NCBI RefSeq assembly: GCF_040938485.1
Contig: NW_027272251.1
Coordinates: forward strand, 310,001-374,000
DNA length: 64,000 nucleotides
Direction: 5' to 3'
Source of the DNA: Diadema antillarum
Lineage: Eukaryota
This document shows, piece after piece, positions 1 to 13,251 of this stretch. Both the position numbers and the translations under genes were made by a program. The notes beneath the pieces are model-generated. The model was given only the letters and a program-made list of their open reading frames with translations, ran no database searches and was not told the origin of the DNA. Numbering within the stretch: the stretch's first letter is position 1; each line of letters starts with the position of its first letter.

Positions 1-76
1 ATAAAACGTGATACATGAGAACTAGGCCCATATCAGATAAGTCACACCCCGCTATACTTTGGCAAGGGCGAAATCG

Positions 77-84
77 TATAAATA
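77..84 (+). promoter_or_regulatory. Putative TATA box of CTL-A
   Basis: TATAAATA about 80 nt upstream of the ATG at 162; AGATAAG (GATA motif) at 35-41. Confidence 0.45.
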
Positions 85-161
85 TGGGTTATTTCTGCAG
101 GAGAAAGACACAACGTGACGGTTCATCACCAAACTTGTGTTTCTCCAAGCCCGACAACGTG

Positions 162-286
162 ATGGCTACTCCAAAGTTCGCTACCACTCTCTTCATCGTG
201 CTCTTTGCCGGAATGCTCACCGGGCCGAGAGGGGCAGAGGCCGCCTGCCCATCTGGCTGGAGGGCCTACGGTCGCTTTTGCTACAA
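162..286 (+). CDS. C-type lectin CTL-A exon 1 (echinoidin-like; join 162-286,1358-1526,4139-4369; 174 aa)
   Basis: MATPKFATTLFIVLFAGMLTGPRGAEA signal peptide, then CPSGW..FCY (long-form CTLD start). Phase-2 donor AA|GTAAGA at 287. Confidence 0.9.
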
Positions 287-644
287 GTAAGAGTAAACAG
301 TAGCCTACTCATCTAAGTTCAATAATATTTTTGAATGTAGGTATAACCAATGTACAGTAAACCAATATTTTGAGTGCGTGATGTTTCTTTTTTCCTTCTA
401 TCCCTCTTCTTCACTTCCTGATCCATTCGTAACATTGTTATTTTGATGTCTTTGAAAAGGGAATGAAACCCGAATAAACATACATGGCTTTATAACAATG
501 TAGCAATATAAGTAGAACACATCAACGAAAGTTTGAGATAACTCAGAAACTCTTGTCAAAAGTTGAATTTGTACGGTTTCTGAGTAGGAATTCTCCTTTA
601 AACATCTCAGAGTTAACATCGCTTTGTGTATTGTATAAATATCC

Positions 645-998
645 GTTGCTGTTGTTGTTGTTGTGGTGGTGGTAGTGGTGGATGACACCTCCAACGTGTA
701 TCCACATGCAATTTCTTTATATTATCTTCTCTCATCGCTACATTATCAGTGTTGCTGTGATCACAAGTCTACTACAGAACCACCAACCCCCAACCCCCCC
801 CCCAAACAAAAGGAAACAAAGTTAGAAATCTCATACAGTAGTTAACATCTCCTTTATAATTGTGCATTATATTATTCGTTGTTGTTGTTGTTCTGCTGGG
901 TACCAGCGAAGCGTAACCACATGCAATTTGCTTATAATTATCTTCTCTCCTCGTTATATAGGCCTATCAATGTTGCTGTGATCACAAACCAACAGCAG

Positions 999-1040
<42 letters not shown>
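645..1040. repeat. Local ~230 bp tandem duplication with (GTT)n and (CA)n in CTL-A intron 1
   Basis: 'ccacatgcaattt...ttatcttctctc...gttgctgtgatcacaa' occurs at about 700-780 and 918-990. Confidence 0.6.
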
Positions 1041-1042
<2 letters not shown>

Positions 1043-1357
1043 GAAAACAAAAGAAGCAAAGAAAACAGAATGTGGTGGAATTATGCACTGCTGAAAGCTA
1101 TATATTTACGACTTGTTGAAATTTTGAAAGATAGTCGCCTCATCGACAATTACTAAGTCAGGATACATGTATTTTGATTTCGACAAACATGACAAATAGG
1201 TATCATTACCTCCACTCCCTTCAGTTGTTCATCGCTTACAAATGCGACTAGTGTTTTGGTGGCTCTTGCCTGTTTCCTTCCCTGTTCTTTTAATCGACTC
1301 ACTTACATTGTATATAGATTCATGGTATCTTTTTTTTTTTTAAATCGTGAATGCCAG

Positions 1358-1526
1358 GTACTTCAACCAACATTTGTCCTGGAACGGCGCCGAAAACCGC
1401 TGCAAGACATTCAGGCCGCTCAACAGAGCAACCTGCCCATGTGCCACTGCTCACCTGGCGTCCATCCATTCCCAGGGGGAACAAAACTTTGTGTACAACT
1501 ACTTCAACTCTCAATGTGGACTGGGG
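1358..1526 (+). CDS. C-type lectin CTL-A exon 2
   Basis: T-tract and CAG acceptor at 1355-1357. Encodes YFNQHLSWNGAENRC...HLASIHSQGEQNFV. Phase-0 donor GTAAGA at 1527. Confidence 0.92.
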
Positions 1527-1810
1527 GTAAGAATATTTTTCAAAAAGAATGGAACTTCTAATAGGCTAATTCAAAGCTATATACATGTAATACTCGGCAG
1601 GGCCTTAACAATCATCTTCCACCATTTTGAAATTTGCTTGCTTACACTGGAAAAGATCTACCAAGCAATTTGTCTGTCTGTCCGACTTGCCAGAAAGTTT
1701 GTAGTAGGCCTACTTCGAGATCAAAGAGTGTGAAATAATAAAAGTCGGTATAATACTTATTACCGCAAGCGCCCTCACCCGTTCAGTAGTGAGAGTATAG
1801 AACGCTGCTA

Positions 1811-2330
1811 CACTGCAAAAACATAGGTGTTAGATTTAATACCATGGGTGTCAAATCTAACGTAGATCAAGTGTCAATAGAGGACCACACCCACAGGTGT
1901 AGAAAGTATGTTGTGATGGTGTGCACTTGGCACTTCGTGGTGTTAATTTGACAGTGTAGGTGGTGATATTTTTGACACTGCACTGGTGTTAATTCAATAA
2001 TGAGACCGCATTGTGTTGATTTGATATTGCTGTTATTAATGCCAATGGTATAACACTAGTCCAGCTTCAAAAGGAGACCATCAACTGGTGTTACTGCGTT
2101 GTAAATGTGTTCACACCGTTTTTTTCAAAAAATCAAATACTTTATCGGAAAATTCTTGATTGTCTTGTTGAGGTTCAAAATGAACAAGAAGAACAGTAAG
2201 TAAAAACTATTCAAAAAAAATTCTATATTTTGAAATGACATGTAGAGGTGTTCATCTAACGCCATAAATGAGCACCGGAAACTTGACACAAGCTCGGTGA
2301 TTCATATTTAACACCTGACTTTTTGCAGTG
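1811..2330. mobile_element. Tc1/mariner-type MITE, ~520 bp (second copy at 63280-63810)
   Basis: Termini CACTGCAAAAA...TTTTTGCAGTG with TA on the left; colinear with the copy at 63280. Confidence 0.8.
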
Positions 2331-3302
2331 TGTAGTATGTGATGATCAAATCGTGTCCTAGCAGTAGGCCTACCATAGCGTTCAATCGGATCGTAAGGAA
2401 ACTGCGCGCGTATAAGAAGTGTGTGAAAAAAAAAACACACAACAAAAAACATGCCATGGTAACACGATAGCCATTGAGTAATGACGAAAATGAGAAATAC
2501 TAACGAAAAGTTCACCGGAAGTACTACAGTGTCTGAGCTTACCTGATTGTGGCTGCTACGGAATGTTTCCGGGCAAGCTACGAGGGCTCGTTGCAAGTAG
2601 GGATTTCCCAGCACGCAGGAGAATTTTCTACGGGCGGACAAGAATGTTTGTGTCTTTCCTGCAAGATGCGTGCTACTTGCCTTCTACTTGCGTGTTTTCC
2701 GTGTGATCTGCGGAAAGGTGTGACAGGGCCTAAACATGGTTGAGGGTCAAACGGATTTGCGTGCGCACCTCCGGGCGACTACGAGTGAGATACGTGCTAG
2801 TTACTGTCATGTGCGGGTCATCTGTGGGGACCTTCGGGTAGTAAAAATTGTTCTTCGCAAGTCGCACGCAAGGCTTGCCCGGAAAGGTGTGACACGGCCT
2901 TATTTCGCATTTTCGTCATTACTCAACGGCTCAACGGTCGTGTTATTACGGCATGTGTTTTTTTTTTCACAAACTTCTTATACATTATACATTTCTATGG
3001 ATTAGTAGATTAGAGTAAAAATCGACAGTTCTGCAAGCACGCGAGAACTTCTTAGGTATTAAGTTGTCAAACCCTAGAAACCACATTTCTGTTGTTTGGT
3101 CTTTCATATTCATTATTCACTAATCAAATACTTTATGGAAAGATGACTTTTTAACGTAATTATGCTATTCTCTGTTGTTGTTGTTGTTGTTGTTTGGGTT
3201 ACACAGTTGTTTTTTAAAGCCCCGTAATCGCTACATTTAAATGTGATTCTTGAATTTGCAACATTTATATAACTATATACAGGATGTATATAAAAAGAAT
3301 TA

Positions 3303-4070
3303 ATCAAACTTTGGAGGGCTACAATTCTATAATCATCAGCTATGGAGAGCGCAATGTTGGTTGTGAGGAAAGGTTAACTCTTCCTCTTTCAATTGATACC
3401 TAATGTTGACAAATTAATGTCGTGCACGACTGAGCACATGAACTTTAAATACAACAATGACAAATTGCACTTTTTCCAAGTTTGCGTGTTGCATGGATGA
3501 GATCTGTCAATGCAAGTGGTCAAATACGCCAGCCTGTACGAATGCAGGTTTATGTTTAGGATTTGTGTTTAGGGTTTTTTCTTCATGGTCCATAACCTTT
3601 AACATGGCCACCTGTCCGATAACTTGGTCGCTCAAACAGAGGCCAACCCACACAGTTCATTTTCTCTGTTAATATTCAAAACACAATTCGCAGCGACAAA
3701 CCATGTCTTGAATATGAGGAGAGAAAAATGGATAATGGTTTACCCTTTATGGGAAGAACCAAGTTACCGACAACATGGCAATGTCGAAAGTTATGAACCA
3801 TAAAAGATTAAAAGAAACCCTAAACACGAACTTGCAGTAGTGCAGGCTGGCCTGATGATTTGACCACTTTCAACGACAGATCTCACCCATGCAGTGAGCA
3901 AGGTGAGACATGCATTGTTCCTTCACAATAACACGCAAACTTGGAAAAAGTGCAATTTGTCATCGTTGTCTTTAAAGTTCATGTGCTCAGTCGTGCATGA
4001 CATCTGTCAACATAATTAGGCATCAACGGAAAGAGGAAGAGTTCCCCTCTGTAGCCCTCCAAAGTTGGAT
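3303..4070. mobile_element. Foldback/MITE with ~300 bp imperfect inverted arms in CTL-A intron 2
   Basis: 3303-3610 is the reverse complement of about 3770-4070 (e.g. actttggagggctac / gtagccctccaaagt; gcacgactgagcacatgaactttaaa). TA on both sides. Confidence 0.8.
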
Positions 4071-4138
4071 TACCTTTTTTTTTTTAATATTACGCACCGT
4101 AAAAAATGCGCAATGTCCACATTGCCCTCACTCGACAG

Positions 4139-4369
4139 CAAAGTGCAATGATGTGGCTGGGACTGAATGACATTCGGAGGGAGGGCACCATGGAATGGAG
4201 TGACGGAACGCCCCTCAATTTCAGAGCCTGGAAGCCGGGCCAGCCGGACAACCATCAGGGTCGCGAAGACTGCGTGCACATGAATCGGTACGGGAGTGAC
4301 GCAAGATGGAACGATCTCCCTTGCACCGGCGACCAGGTTCGCCACTTCATGTGTAAAATGAATGCCTAA
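4139..4369 (+). CDS. C-type lectin CTL-A exon 3
   Basis: CAG acceptor at 4136-4138, in frame. Encodes WLGLND..WSDG..QPDN..EDC..WNDLPC..FMCK, stop TAA; AATAAA at 4369-4374. Exons sum to 525 nt (175 codons). Confidence 0.95.
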   Translation, partial: QSAMMWLGLNDIRREGTMEWSDGTPLNFRAWKPGQPDNHQGREDCVHMNRYGSDARWNDLPCTGDQVRHFMCKMNA

Positions 4370-6101
4370 ATAAATATCGTCGCGCTACCCAAAAGCTCCC
4401 TGCATGTGCCTTTATGACGTCATGCTGGGGCTGAATCATTTCGTCTGACAACCAAACGGAACGACTTTGACAACGAGTTAATGTGTAGTATTTAGTGCAA
4501 ACAGGAACAATGTGTCCTTCTTTTTTTCTTTTAGGTTGAGGGGTATACAATTGAAGAGTTTTATTGCAATGCGAGCTAAATCCATTTCTGTTAAGTTGAG
4601 ATATTCCTGGTTCACGCTGCTAAAAAGCAACGAAAACAATAAGAACATACAGGATATTTTTAATCATAACTTCAAAAATATTGATTGTTGTGTTACAAGT
4701 GAGGTATTGCTGGAAAGCTTTAATTTTGCTCTAACTGATGATGGACTTACTTTGAAATGTTTAATAAATGGGGCTTAGCCAATTTTCCAATAAAACTCTT
4801 CAATCTTAGTACTTATCTTCTTTGTCCCTGTCTGGAAGGGACAACAAGAGGAAATGTCCGCGAGTTTTTTTTTTTATAGTTTGCTTCTCTTCACAACCTT
4901 TAAAGACTTCAAGTTACGTTAGACTTAAACATTCAATCCAAATCGATCAATTTAGTTTTTCTTTTAGATTTTCTGGGTTTCAGGTCATTGATTATTACAC
5001 AAGATAACAAATTTGAAAGCCTGTGTCTGTGCAGTGTCAATGAGCACTTGTGCCTTTATCCAAAACTTTTACAAATAAATTTGCTCTTATACTGTGCTTG
5101 TTGTCTATGCCGTTTCCTTTCGTTCTTTCGTTTCGTTGTATTTCATTTCAAACACATACACTGTATGATTATAACATTTGAATATACATACTGTATATTA
5201 ATGTTCTACGTCAGTGTACGTGTACGTCGTAATCTCTGGAATGAAATGATTCTGTCGGTCCTAGTCCGCACTGCGGTGAATGGAATACTTTGATTTTGTA
5301 TCTGAATATTTCACAAAGTGAAATTGAATTGTAGCTAAAGAAGTATAATAAACTCGTCAGAAAATGATATAGAGTAAGTCAGAGAGAGTGAAGAATGTAT
5401 GGAACCACACGACGACCTAATAAAGAAGCTTATTAATTCACTTGAAGTTGAATTTGGATATCAAAAAAAAAAAGCTTCCTGAGCTTTTAAGTATCAATAA
5501 TCTCTTGAATATCAATTAAATTTCATGAAAGTATCAATAATTTGGAGTGAGAAATGCTTTAATACTCTTTCTCCTTTGTACTCGTTAGTGTAGTCATTCT
5601 AGACTGTGTTTTTGAAACGCAAAGAAACCAAAAAAGAAAGAAAGACAGAAAATATGCCAATGTGTTCCTAAGAAAGAAGAGAAAGAATGCAAGAAGTTCT
5701 AGTCATTTATCTGTGAGGCTCTCCTTGTAGCTGCCATCTTGTCCTTTACATGACTGTGTGTGTGCGCGCTGTGTGTATAAAGATAGAGTGTTTAAATTGA
5801 TTTGTATTTTGTTTTTGCTATCTGTATTGCACTTCAGTAATCATATCCAATGTAATCATGAGAAATGTGTCAACTTCATTCAGTTACGTGTTTGACCAAT
5901 ACATACTTGTACAAAGTACAAAAATGTATAGAAAACCAAATCACAAACTGCAAAAGCTGCATCATTCTCGGGGAGAGAAAACAGGTATACTCAAAATTAA
6001 TCTTGTAAATCATCATTGAAAAAAAAAATGATATGAGTAAAAATCTTGATTTTGTAACCCCCTCCCCCCCCCCCCCCCCCACCGCACGCACACACTAATA
6101 A

Positions 6102-6487
6102 AGGGATGGTATTGTATTAGTTGAGACCTGGCTTCAAGTTTCTTACTTCTGTTTGTGAGATAATGAGAAACTTCTTAAGAAATATGACAGGGCATGTACT
6201 TCCAAAAGAAATTCAGCGTTTATTTGACGAAAATTGGTGTTGAAATGGCTGAGATATACAAAACAAAGTGATACTAATAAAAGGTGGACCCACCTTTGAT
6301 TGGGATCGCTTTGTTTTACTTTGTTTTTGGATATGTCAACCATTTCATAGCTGATTGTCATCAAGTAAACTTCGAATTCCCCCTTATAGAATGGTATGCT
6401 CTGTAACATTTCATAAACAGTTTCTTATAGTACCTCGCAAAAAGTTAAAACCTCAATCTCCGTCTCCACCAATACTGTACCATCCCT
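6102..6487. mobile_element. Kolobok-like palindromic MITE (family also at 13837, 26158 and ~48870)
   Basis: TIR AGGGATGGTAttGTATT versus AATACtgTACCATCCCT; internal 'ggtggacccacc' core shared with the other copies. Confidence 0.65.
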
Positions 6488-6874
6488 TACACCATACATC
6501 TTCTAATTAAAGCACACATCCAAATATAGATGTGCATGCACTCATATACTTCCACACACTGGCACAAACACACACACACTCATACGCGTGTATGGTGGAA
6601 ACCGAGGACCTGTTTTACCAATAAGAATTTTACCACATAACCGAGGACCTGTGTGTCAGTAGGAGTCTTGTAAACCGAGGATTCATTCGTATACATGTAT
6701 TACCATCCAACCGACGACTTTTTACAATAATGCTAGTGGAGGACCTACAAACATGTAACCCTACGTGCAAAAGCATGCAAAAGCAGACCGTTTGGAATGG
6801 TCTACGTACCGAGGACGTCCTCGGTTTAAATGTAAAGCTCGTATGTGCGTCCTTGTTTTACACCATGGGTAAGT

Positions 6875-6912
6875 GCACACACACACACACACACACACGC
6901 ACGCGCACACAC

Positions 6913-6952
<40 letters not shown>

Positions 6953-6956
6953 ACAC
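6875..6956. repeat. (CA)n microsatellite
   Basis: Direct reading; source of spurious HT/CV-repeat ORFs. Confidence 0.9.
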
Positions 6957-8151
6957 AATCAGCTCACTCTCCCAGTCCTCGTGCATGTCTCAGTTCTTAC
7001 TCACCTGTAAGCAATCAAATAAACCTGACCTATGTGTAATTGCAATCTTTCATAATATGGTTCATCATGCAATATGGCAATAATGGTGAAAGTGATTGAC
7101 TATTTCCTGTCAAATGAAATATTAAGTGAAAAAAACCCCAAAAAGTCTTCCTGTTGAAGCACCCTATTATACTCACCATGCTTGCCCTCCAGGAATGACT
7201 TGTTATATATTTCAATTAACAAATGCATTATTTTAAAAATGTGTTACATCCCTCGATCTTATTACCTGGTAGGATAAGCCTGTATAAATTATCTTCCTAA
7301 CACGCATTTGCCTATTCTGCATAATTAAGTTTCTGGATAATCGGTGATAACATAGCTTCAAAACAATCTTGCACTTTCATAGAAGACTTTTGTGGAAAGT
7401 GCTCCTTGAAGAAGGTTAAACAGTAATTTCCTGAGCTTTAAGATAAAAGTTGTGAAATAGTCTTCGGAAACTTTGGCGAAAAAAAAAATCACATAATATA
7501 TAATGTATCTCGTACGTCTGAATTATGCAACTGTGGCAAAGTAAGGAATAACTACTCATAGATCACATAGACTCACAAAACCTAACTGCTTTGATGTAAT
7601 TTCATCGAAATGTGATCGTTAACCTATTGATAAGCCGAGCTAGATGCCCGCGACCACGATCAATTAGAGCTCTTCAAACGTTCATCACAAATTCAAACAA
7701 ATTCAATTTTTTCTCTGCGTAATCCCGCATTTTGAATCTGTACAATTAGTCGCTTTTTTTCCTTCACAATAATGCCAAAATAAGTTATAAACATTTTTTT
7801 TTTCAGAAGGCTGTCTTTATACAACGATAAGAAAGAGAAATTACACATACACAAACACAAACACACACGTACACAAACACGTACATACATTTAACATGAA
7901 GACAAATTATCTATGGTTGTGTAAAGTAGAGCTTGAAGAAAGTACAAGACGGATACTAATTCATCGTAATGGGAGCAAATAATCTTGCAAGAAAATAAAA
8001 TGAGTAACATACGCCAACTTTCAAATGCATCCACTCTTGAAGTCAAAGCATAAATTTCTCGGGGCTGCATTTAATTATTTATTACACGACAGAAATATGA
8101 TATCGCACTGCGGTAAAGGCAGGTATATATCATACTTTAGCTGTGCGCTTA

Positions 8152-8708
8152 AGGGCTTTTTACACTTGTGTTTCTTAACCCCGGACTTTCTCTGACCCAG
8201 GACTATCGTTAGTCCCGTACCAATTTTTTCAGCTTTTTACACTCGCCAATTAGTCCCGTACTATCTCTTGTCCGGGGCTAAGGAGAAGACTGACCTTTTT
8301 ACACTCGTATTTCTTAGCCCAGGACTTTCCAAACCACATGAATATTCATAATTACGCTGTGTACTGTACACGTACACGCACGCACCGGCAGCACTTGATG
8401 ACCTCGTTTCTGATTGGTCAGTGAGGGTCGGACTTCGTCTCCGTCGCTTAGCCCAGGATTATTTTTTCGTTCTGTTTACACTCACTTGCTTGGCACCACA
8501 ATTGCGGTGCTAACCCCTGCTATTTTGCAGGGCCAGATAGTACCGTACTATCGGTGGGGCTAGCCCACTTTGGCAAAAACGAGTGTAAACAGAAAGTGGG
8601 CTAAGGATAGTCCCGTACCAACGGTGGGGCTAAGCCCCCCCCCCCCCCCCCCCTTAGCCCCACCGTTGGTCCGGGGCTAAGCAAAATTTTACAAGTGTAA
8701 AAAGCCCT
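8152..8708. mobile_element. PIF/Harbinger-type MITE, 557 bp
   Basis: Perfect 18-bp TIR AGGGCTTTTTACACTTGT; TTA target duplication at 8149-8151 and 8709-8711; internal ggggctaa/agtcccgtac subrepeats. Confidence 0.88.
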
Positions 8709-11700
8709 TTAGATTGTCGTTGTGTTTGTTTGTATGTTTTCGTTTGCTTTGTTTTGTTTTTGTTTTAACAGGTATCCGTCTATTTTCATCACTCAAATTC
8801 CTAAAAAATACGCAAGCTCATTCCATCAATGTTAAACTCACTAATAATGAAGTTATACCATCGCATGATCAGACAAATCAACACGTCATTATATCGCTTG
8901 CTTACAATTGGTTAACCTGTTTCATTCCCCCTCAACTCTTTTTTGTTGTCAAATTTTGACTTACTTTTAATCTATGATGTATGCTTTGTGTGCCAATAGC
9001 TGTTATTGTTCTTGAACATTTTATACTATGTGGTATACAGGGTGCTGCAATTAGGATTTTTTTTTTGGATAAACTGTTCCAGGGTTAAATCTATATGAAG
9101 GATCTATTCGTTAGAAAAAAATACTGATTTGTTTGCAAATAAAAGGCAAATAATTGTAAAATCGTGGATCTTTCCAATAAATTTCATACAATATCGTGAT
9201 ACATCTATTCAAATATTTAGAGTTTGATAAAGATACAACATTCATGGTTTACCACTTTTGCATGGATTAATAACGTACATGTTTCTCTCAAAAGGCAATG
9301 ATGTATCATTCCAAATCTTTATTACAAACCCCGGAAATATAGTATTGCATGTGTTTTACCTCAGGGATCAATCCTGGGATCATTGTTGCTTCCTGTATAG
9401 GTCAATGATAATGAATTCCTTCAGCACTCTTAATTTTTTCACTGGATTAATTTGCGGTTGACACATTTTTTTCTTACTCATATAAGGATTTTGAAATACT
9501 TTACACAAGAAAACTTGACAAAATTTCTCAATGGAATCTCCCTGTTTCTTTATATAAACCAATAATATCACTGATTGTAATTTGTGTTAATAAGGGATAA
9601 CATCTATTTAATCTAAAATCCACTAAACCCATTTACAAAAGACTCCAATTTAACTCAACTTGGCAAAAGGCACAGAACAGTCATCATACAACAATGTACA
9701 ATCGTCTATATAAAATAATGGGAATTCACTTTGAACACCAAGTTAAAAATTTCCCTTAACTTTTTTCACGATATTTTTAGTGTACCATATGTTGCTCGTT
9801 GCAATATCATTTATCTTCATTCTCCAGAAGCACTTGGTGCGATTTATCACTAATCCCCCCATATTCAACTACTTTCAATCTCGTGTCTTATCAGTTAAAA
9901 ACGCTGAAAATTTAATGATATTCGTACTTTTCAGATAGCTGTCTTCATGCAAAGATGCATATGTATATTGTCTTCCTAATTTTCTCTTTGTATTTTTTTT
10001 TTCACCACAAACTCTGTAGTTCATTCATATGCAATCGTTTGATTACCATCTTGGAAATCCTTAAATCATCATAACCAATCATTAAATCATTACAATGTCG
10101 TTATTATAGGCCAGGCTTTTGTCTGACATAGGGAAAACAAAGATTCAAATTTACTCAAAACAATGAGTTTATACCTTGTTATAAAGCTATGATAAACATG
10201 TTTTGGAAATTTGTAATCGAAATGAAAAACAGATATAAACTAAACTAGAAATGGACAGAAAGAGATAAATGTATACATACCTGGTCGAGAGACAAAACTA
10301 GATTACATTTATTTGTAGTCATGGTAATGTAACAGTGTAACATTATGCGTCCCACGGGTATCTGGGAATTGCCTGACATTCCATCGATTCTGTTATACAT
10401 GTATAAGTACAAGTAACATGCGTTCAATTTGAAAATGCTGGGGGTATCACAAGAAGCAAAAGAAAAGTGTGACAAATGTGCCTTTAGCAAAAATGAATAT
10501 ATTATTTAATAATTGATGGTGTCATAGTAAATAGAAATACAAAACCGATATATTATGTTATACCGTAATATTGAATACTCCAAATATAATGTATATGATA
10601 GAGTACATAATACTCCGAATGCATGAAGTGCACACTCGAAGCGCACAGAGTGATAGCATACCAACAATGGAAAACGTAAAAACGTGTCATACATATCTTT
10701 ATTACGCACACACTCACACTCTCATATACATATGTATTTGTGTATATGATTATATACATTTATATATACATATATATATGTTTATATAGATATCGTGTAG
10801 ATGTAGTGTATTTATGAAATATCACACACACGCACAAACACACAAAAATATACATAATATATATATATGTTCATACACAGAACATATGACAAATTCAAGG
10901 CTTTGCCTTAACACATGAGGGAAAAACATTTAAAAAACATTGTTTAGAATTAAAAGGCTTTATAGCATCGAAATCAATAACAAAGGCGAAGCGGGCGAAT
11001 CTGTGTACGTCCTACTATCTGATGAATTTTTTAATGTATATTTTGTGGACATTTGACGAACACATAAAATAATATTACATATTGTAATAAAATAAAGATT
11101 TGACATCATAAAACCTATATTCAATATCTCAATATCCTTTTGTGCTATATTCATCATAAATTAAATGTTCGCAACGATATCACCAAGATCATTTTCTCCA
11201 CTTTTAGTGAAAAAAGAAATCACTGTAACATAGAATAAAATGAAAATGTGTGTAGCATTTTAAGGTACCACTTAAGATCTTCAGGAATCCTATTCAGAAG
11301 CATCCTTCATTCAACTACAGGATCTATTATCAATGCGTGATTTCATTGAAACACCCCAGCAGAAATTCGATGGTCAGAAGATAGATGGAAGATACCTTTA
11401 CAATGGCATGGTATATCAGCAGTATTCAACCATGGCATTGACTCCCAGCTTTCGTTATCCTTCCTGTAGACTAGTGCAGGGTGATTAATTGAATGGAAAT
11501 CCATTAGCGACATTTGAAAAAAAGGTAGGGATCTGAATCTTTAAGATTCATCTCACGGGGTTTCGCTGTCTTTTGCTATTTCATACAATGCAGAAGAAGG
11601 GGAAAAATTGACCACGCAACGAAAGTCTTCAGTGTTGTCAATGTGAACTGAAACTTTGTTCGCAATATATTTCATGTACGGCATCATAAGGATTCCTATT

Positions 11701-11837
11701 GTTGTTGTTTCTTCAACTGAAAAACAAAAATTAAATGAATAACTGTGATAATTGAATATTTTCTGCTATTCATCGGTATGCGCTAGAGAAGTTTTAGCAA
11801 GAAAGAATCATTGAAAACATTAGAAAGAGAAATAACA

Positions 11838-11877
<40 letters not shown>

Positions 11878-12185
11878 CATGCAATGTCCTTTTGACTTCA
11901 ATTTAATTTCTTAGTGTGTAGAGTGTAGATTTATTACGTTATTTTATAGCAAAGTTTTATTTATTTATCGGATGGCAACGAACATATAAATGGTAGCCGA
12001 ATACGAAGCGTAGCTCTTATTAATGAGACGGTAAAGTATAGGGTAGAATTACAGTTATACATTGCAATTACATAAAAGTGCTGAATCATGCAGAACATAA
12101 AATCAAAGGATTTCATCGTTATAAAAGATAGATGCTAATTGTACCATCAGAAAGAATAATCGCGTCATACTGTTACCAACAACAA

Positions 12186-12194
12186 GCACAATAC

Positions 12195-12243
<49 letters not shown>

Positions 12244-12270
12244 TGTGTGTGTGTGTGTGCGTGTGCGTGT
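12186..12270. repeat. (TA)n/(TG)n microsatellite
   Basis: Direct reading. Confidence 0.85.
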
Positions 12271-12749
12271 GATGCAATGTCAGTGCCAAGGATAGGTTAT
12301 GATGATGTCACGTAGCATATCAAGGTCGCAGAAGCGCGATAATCATTCGTGATGTTACGACATGTTAAAAACAAACGCTCACACTAGCTCTTATTTCTGA
12401 AACTATCAAACAGATAACAACACACCGTGGTGTGATTACAGAGTATAATTTGGGTATGGAAAATAAATGACATTAAATGAAAATGGAATTAGCCCTATTG
12501 GCAGAATTTGAAGCTCATTTTTCTTGTAGAGACCTCTGGAAGCATCTGTAGGCAAGAGGGAAGGCAATGGAGTCGTACCTAGAAAAACAAAGAAAAACAA
12601 ACTTTTTGGACTTCTTTGATAGTGAATAGGATATGATACTTTAGTGATCGGATGTTTATTGATAACTACAACTAAACTGCTATAATTGTATCAAAACAAA
12701 TTGTCAGACAAGTACTAAAGGAGCTAAAGACTGTTATGATCAGTTTTGT

Positions 12750-13251
12750 CATAACGAGCGTTGTAACCGAAGTTCGCAATCGCTTGGGTGTTCAGAAAGA
12801 CACGAAGGTGATAGTGTGTGTGTCCATGGCTCTTGATCACAAGAAATTTTAGTTCATCGTCTCCGCAATCCTATTTATCATAATGATGATATGTGAAAGA
12901 AAGAGACACGCCGCACTCACCTTGTAGGAGGTGATAGAGTCTTCATTTTCAGAGATCAAATCTACCAGTAACGCTGCGCAGGGAGTTCTTTGCTCAACTC
13001 GTTTTAATGCGCCTGCGCATTTCAGGTGTTATCTATGCATGGTGGTAGTGGTAATGTGACGATAATGAATACTGTGTTTGCTGAAGCATGCTTTGTGTAG
13101 GAATAGGTACAACAAATGTATCTTCCTAGCTGGTGGGCTACATATAGGCAGCTTCCCATAGATCCAATCCAGTCTGAGACTGTGAGATACGTTGAGCGTC
13201 GTTTTAATTATAATCCCGCCTGGGTGAAGGGAGCCTAGTCAGACTTCAGTC
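12750..13251 (+). promoter_or_regulatory. Conserved upstream block / non-coding 5' exon of GPCR-1
   Basis: Conserved in all four units; contains GCGCA motifs (TGCGCCTGCGCA at 13008-13019); ends at donor GTAAGT 13252. Confidence 0.5.

Noticed and set aside
6730-7083. ORFs with HT/CV/poly-I/poly-T repeats (also 879-1094, 16914-17424, 20534-20986, 53905-54207)
   Set aside because: Translations of microsatellites.
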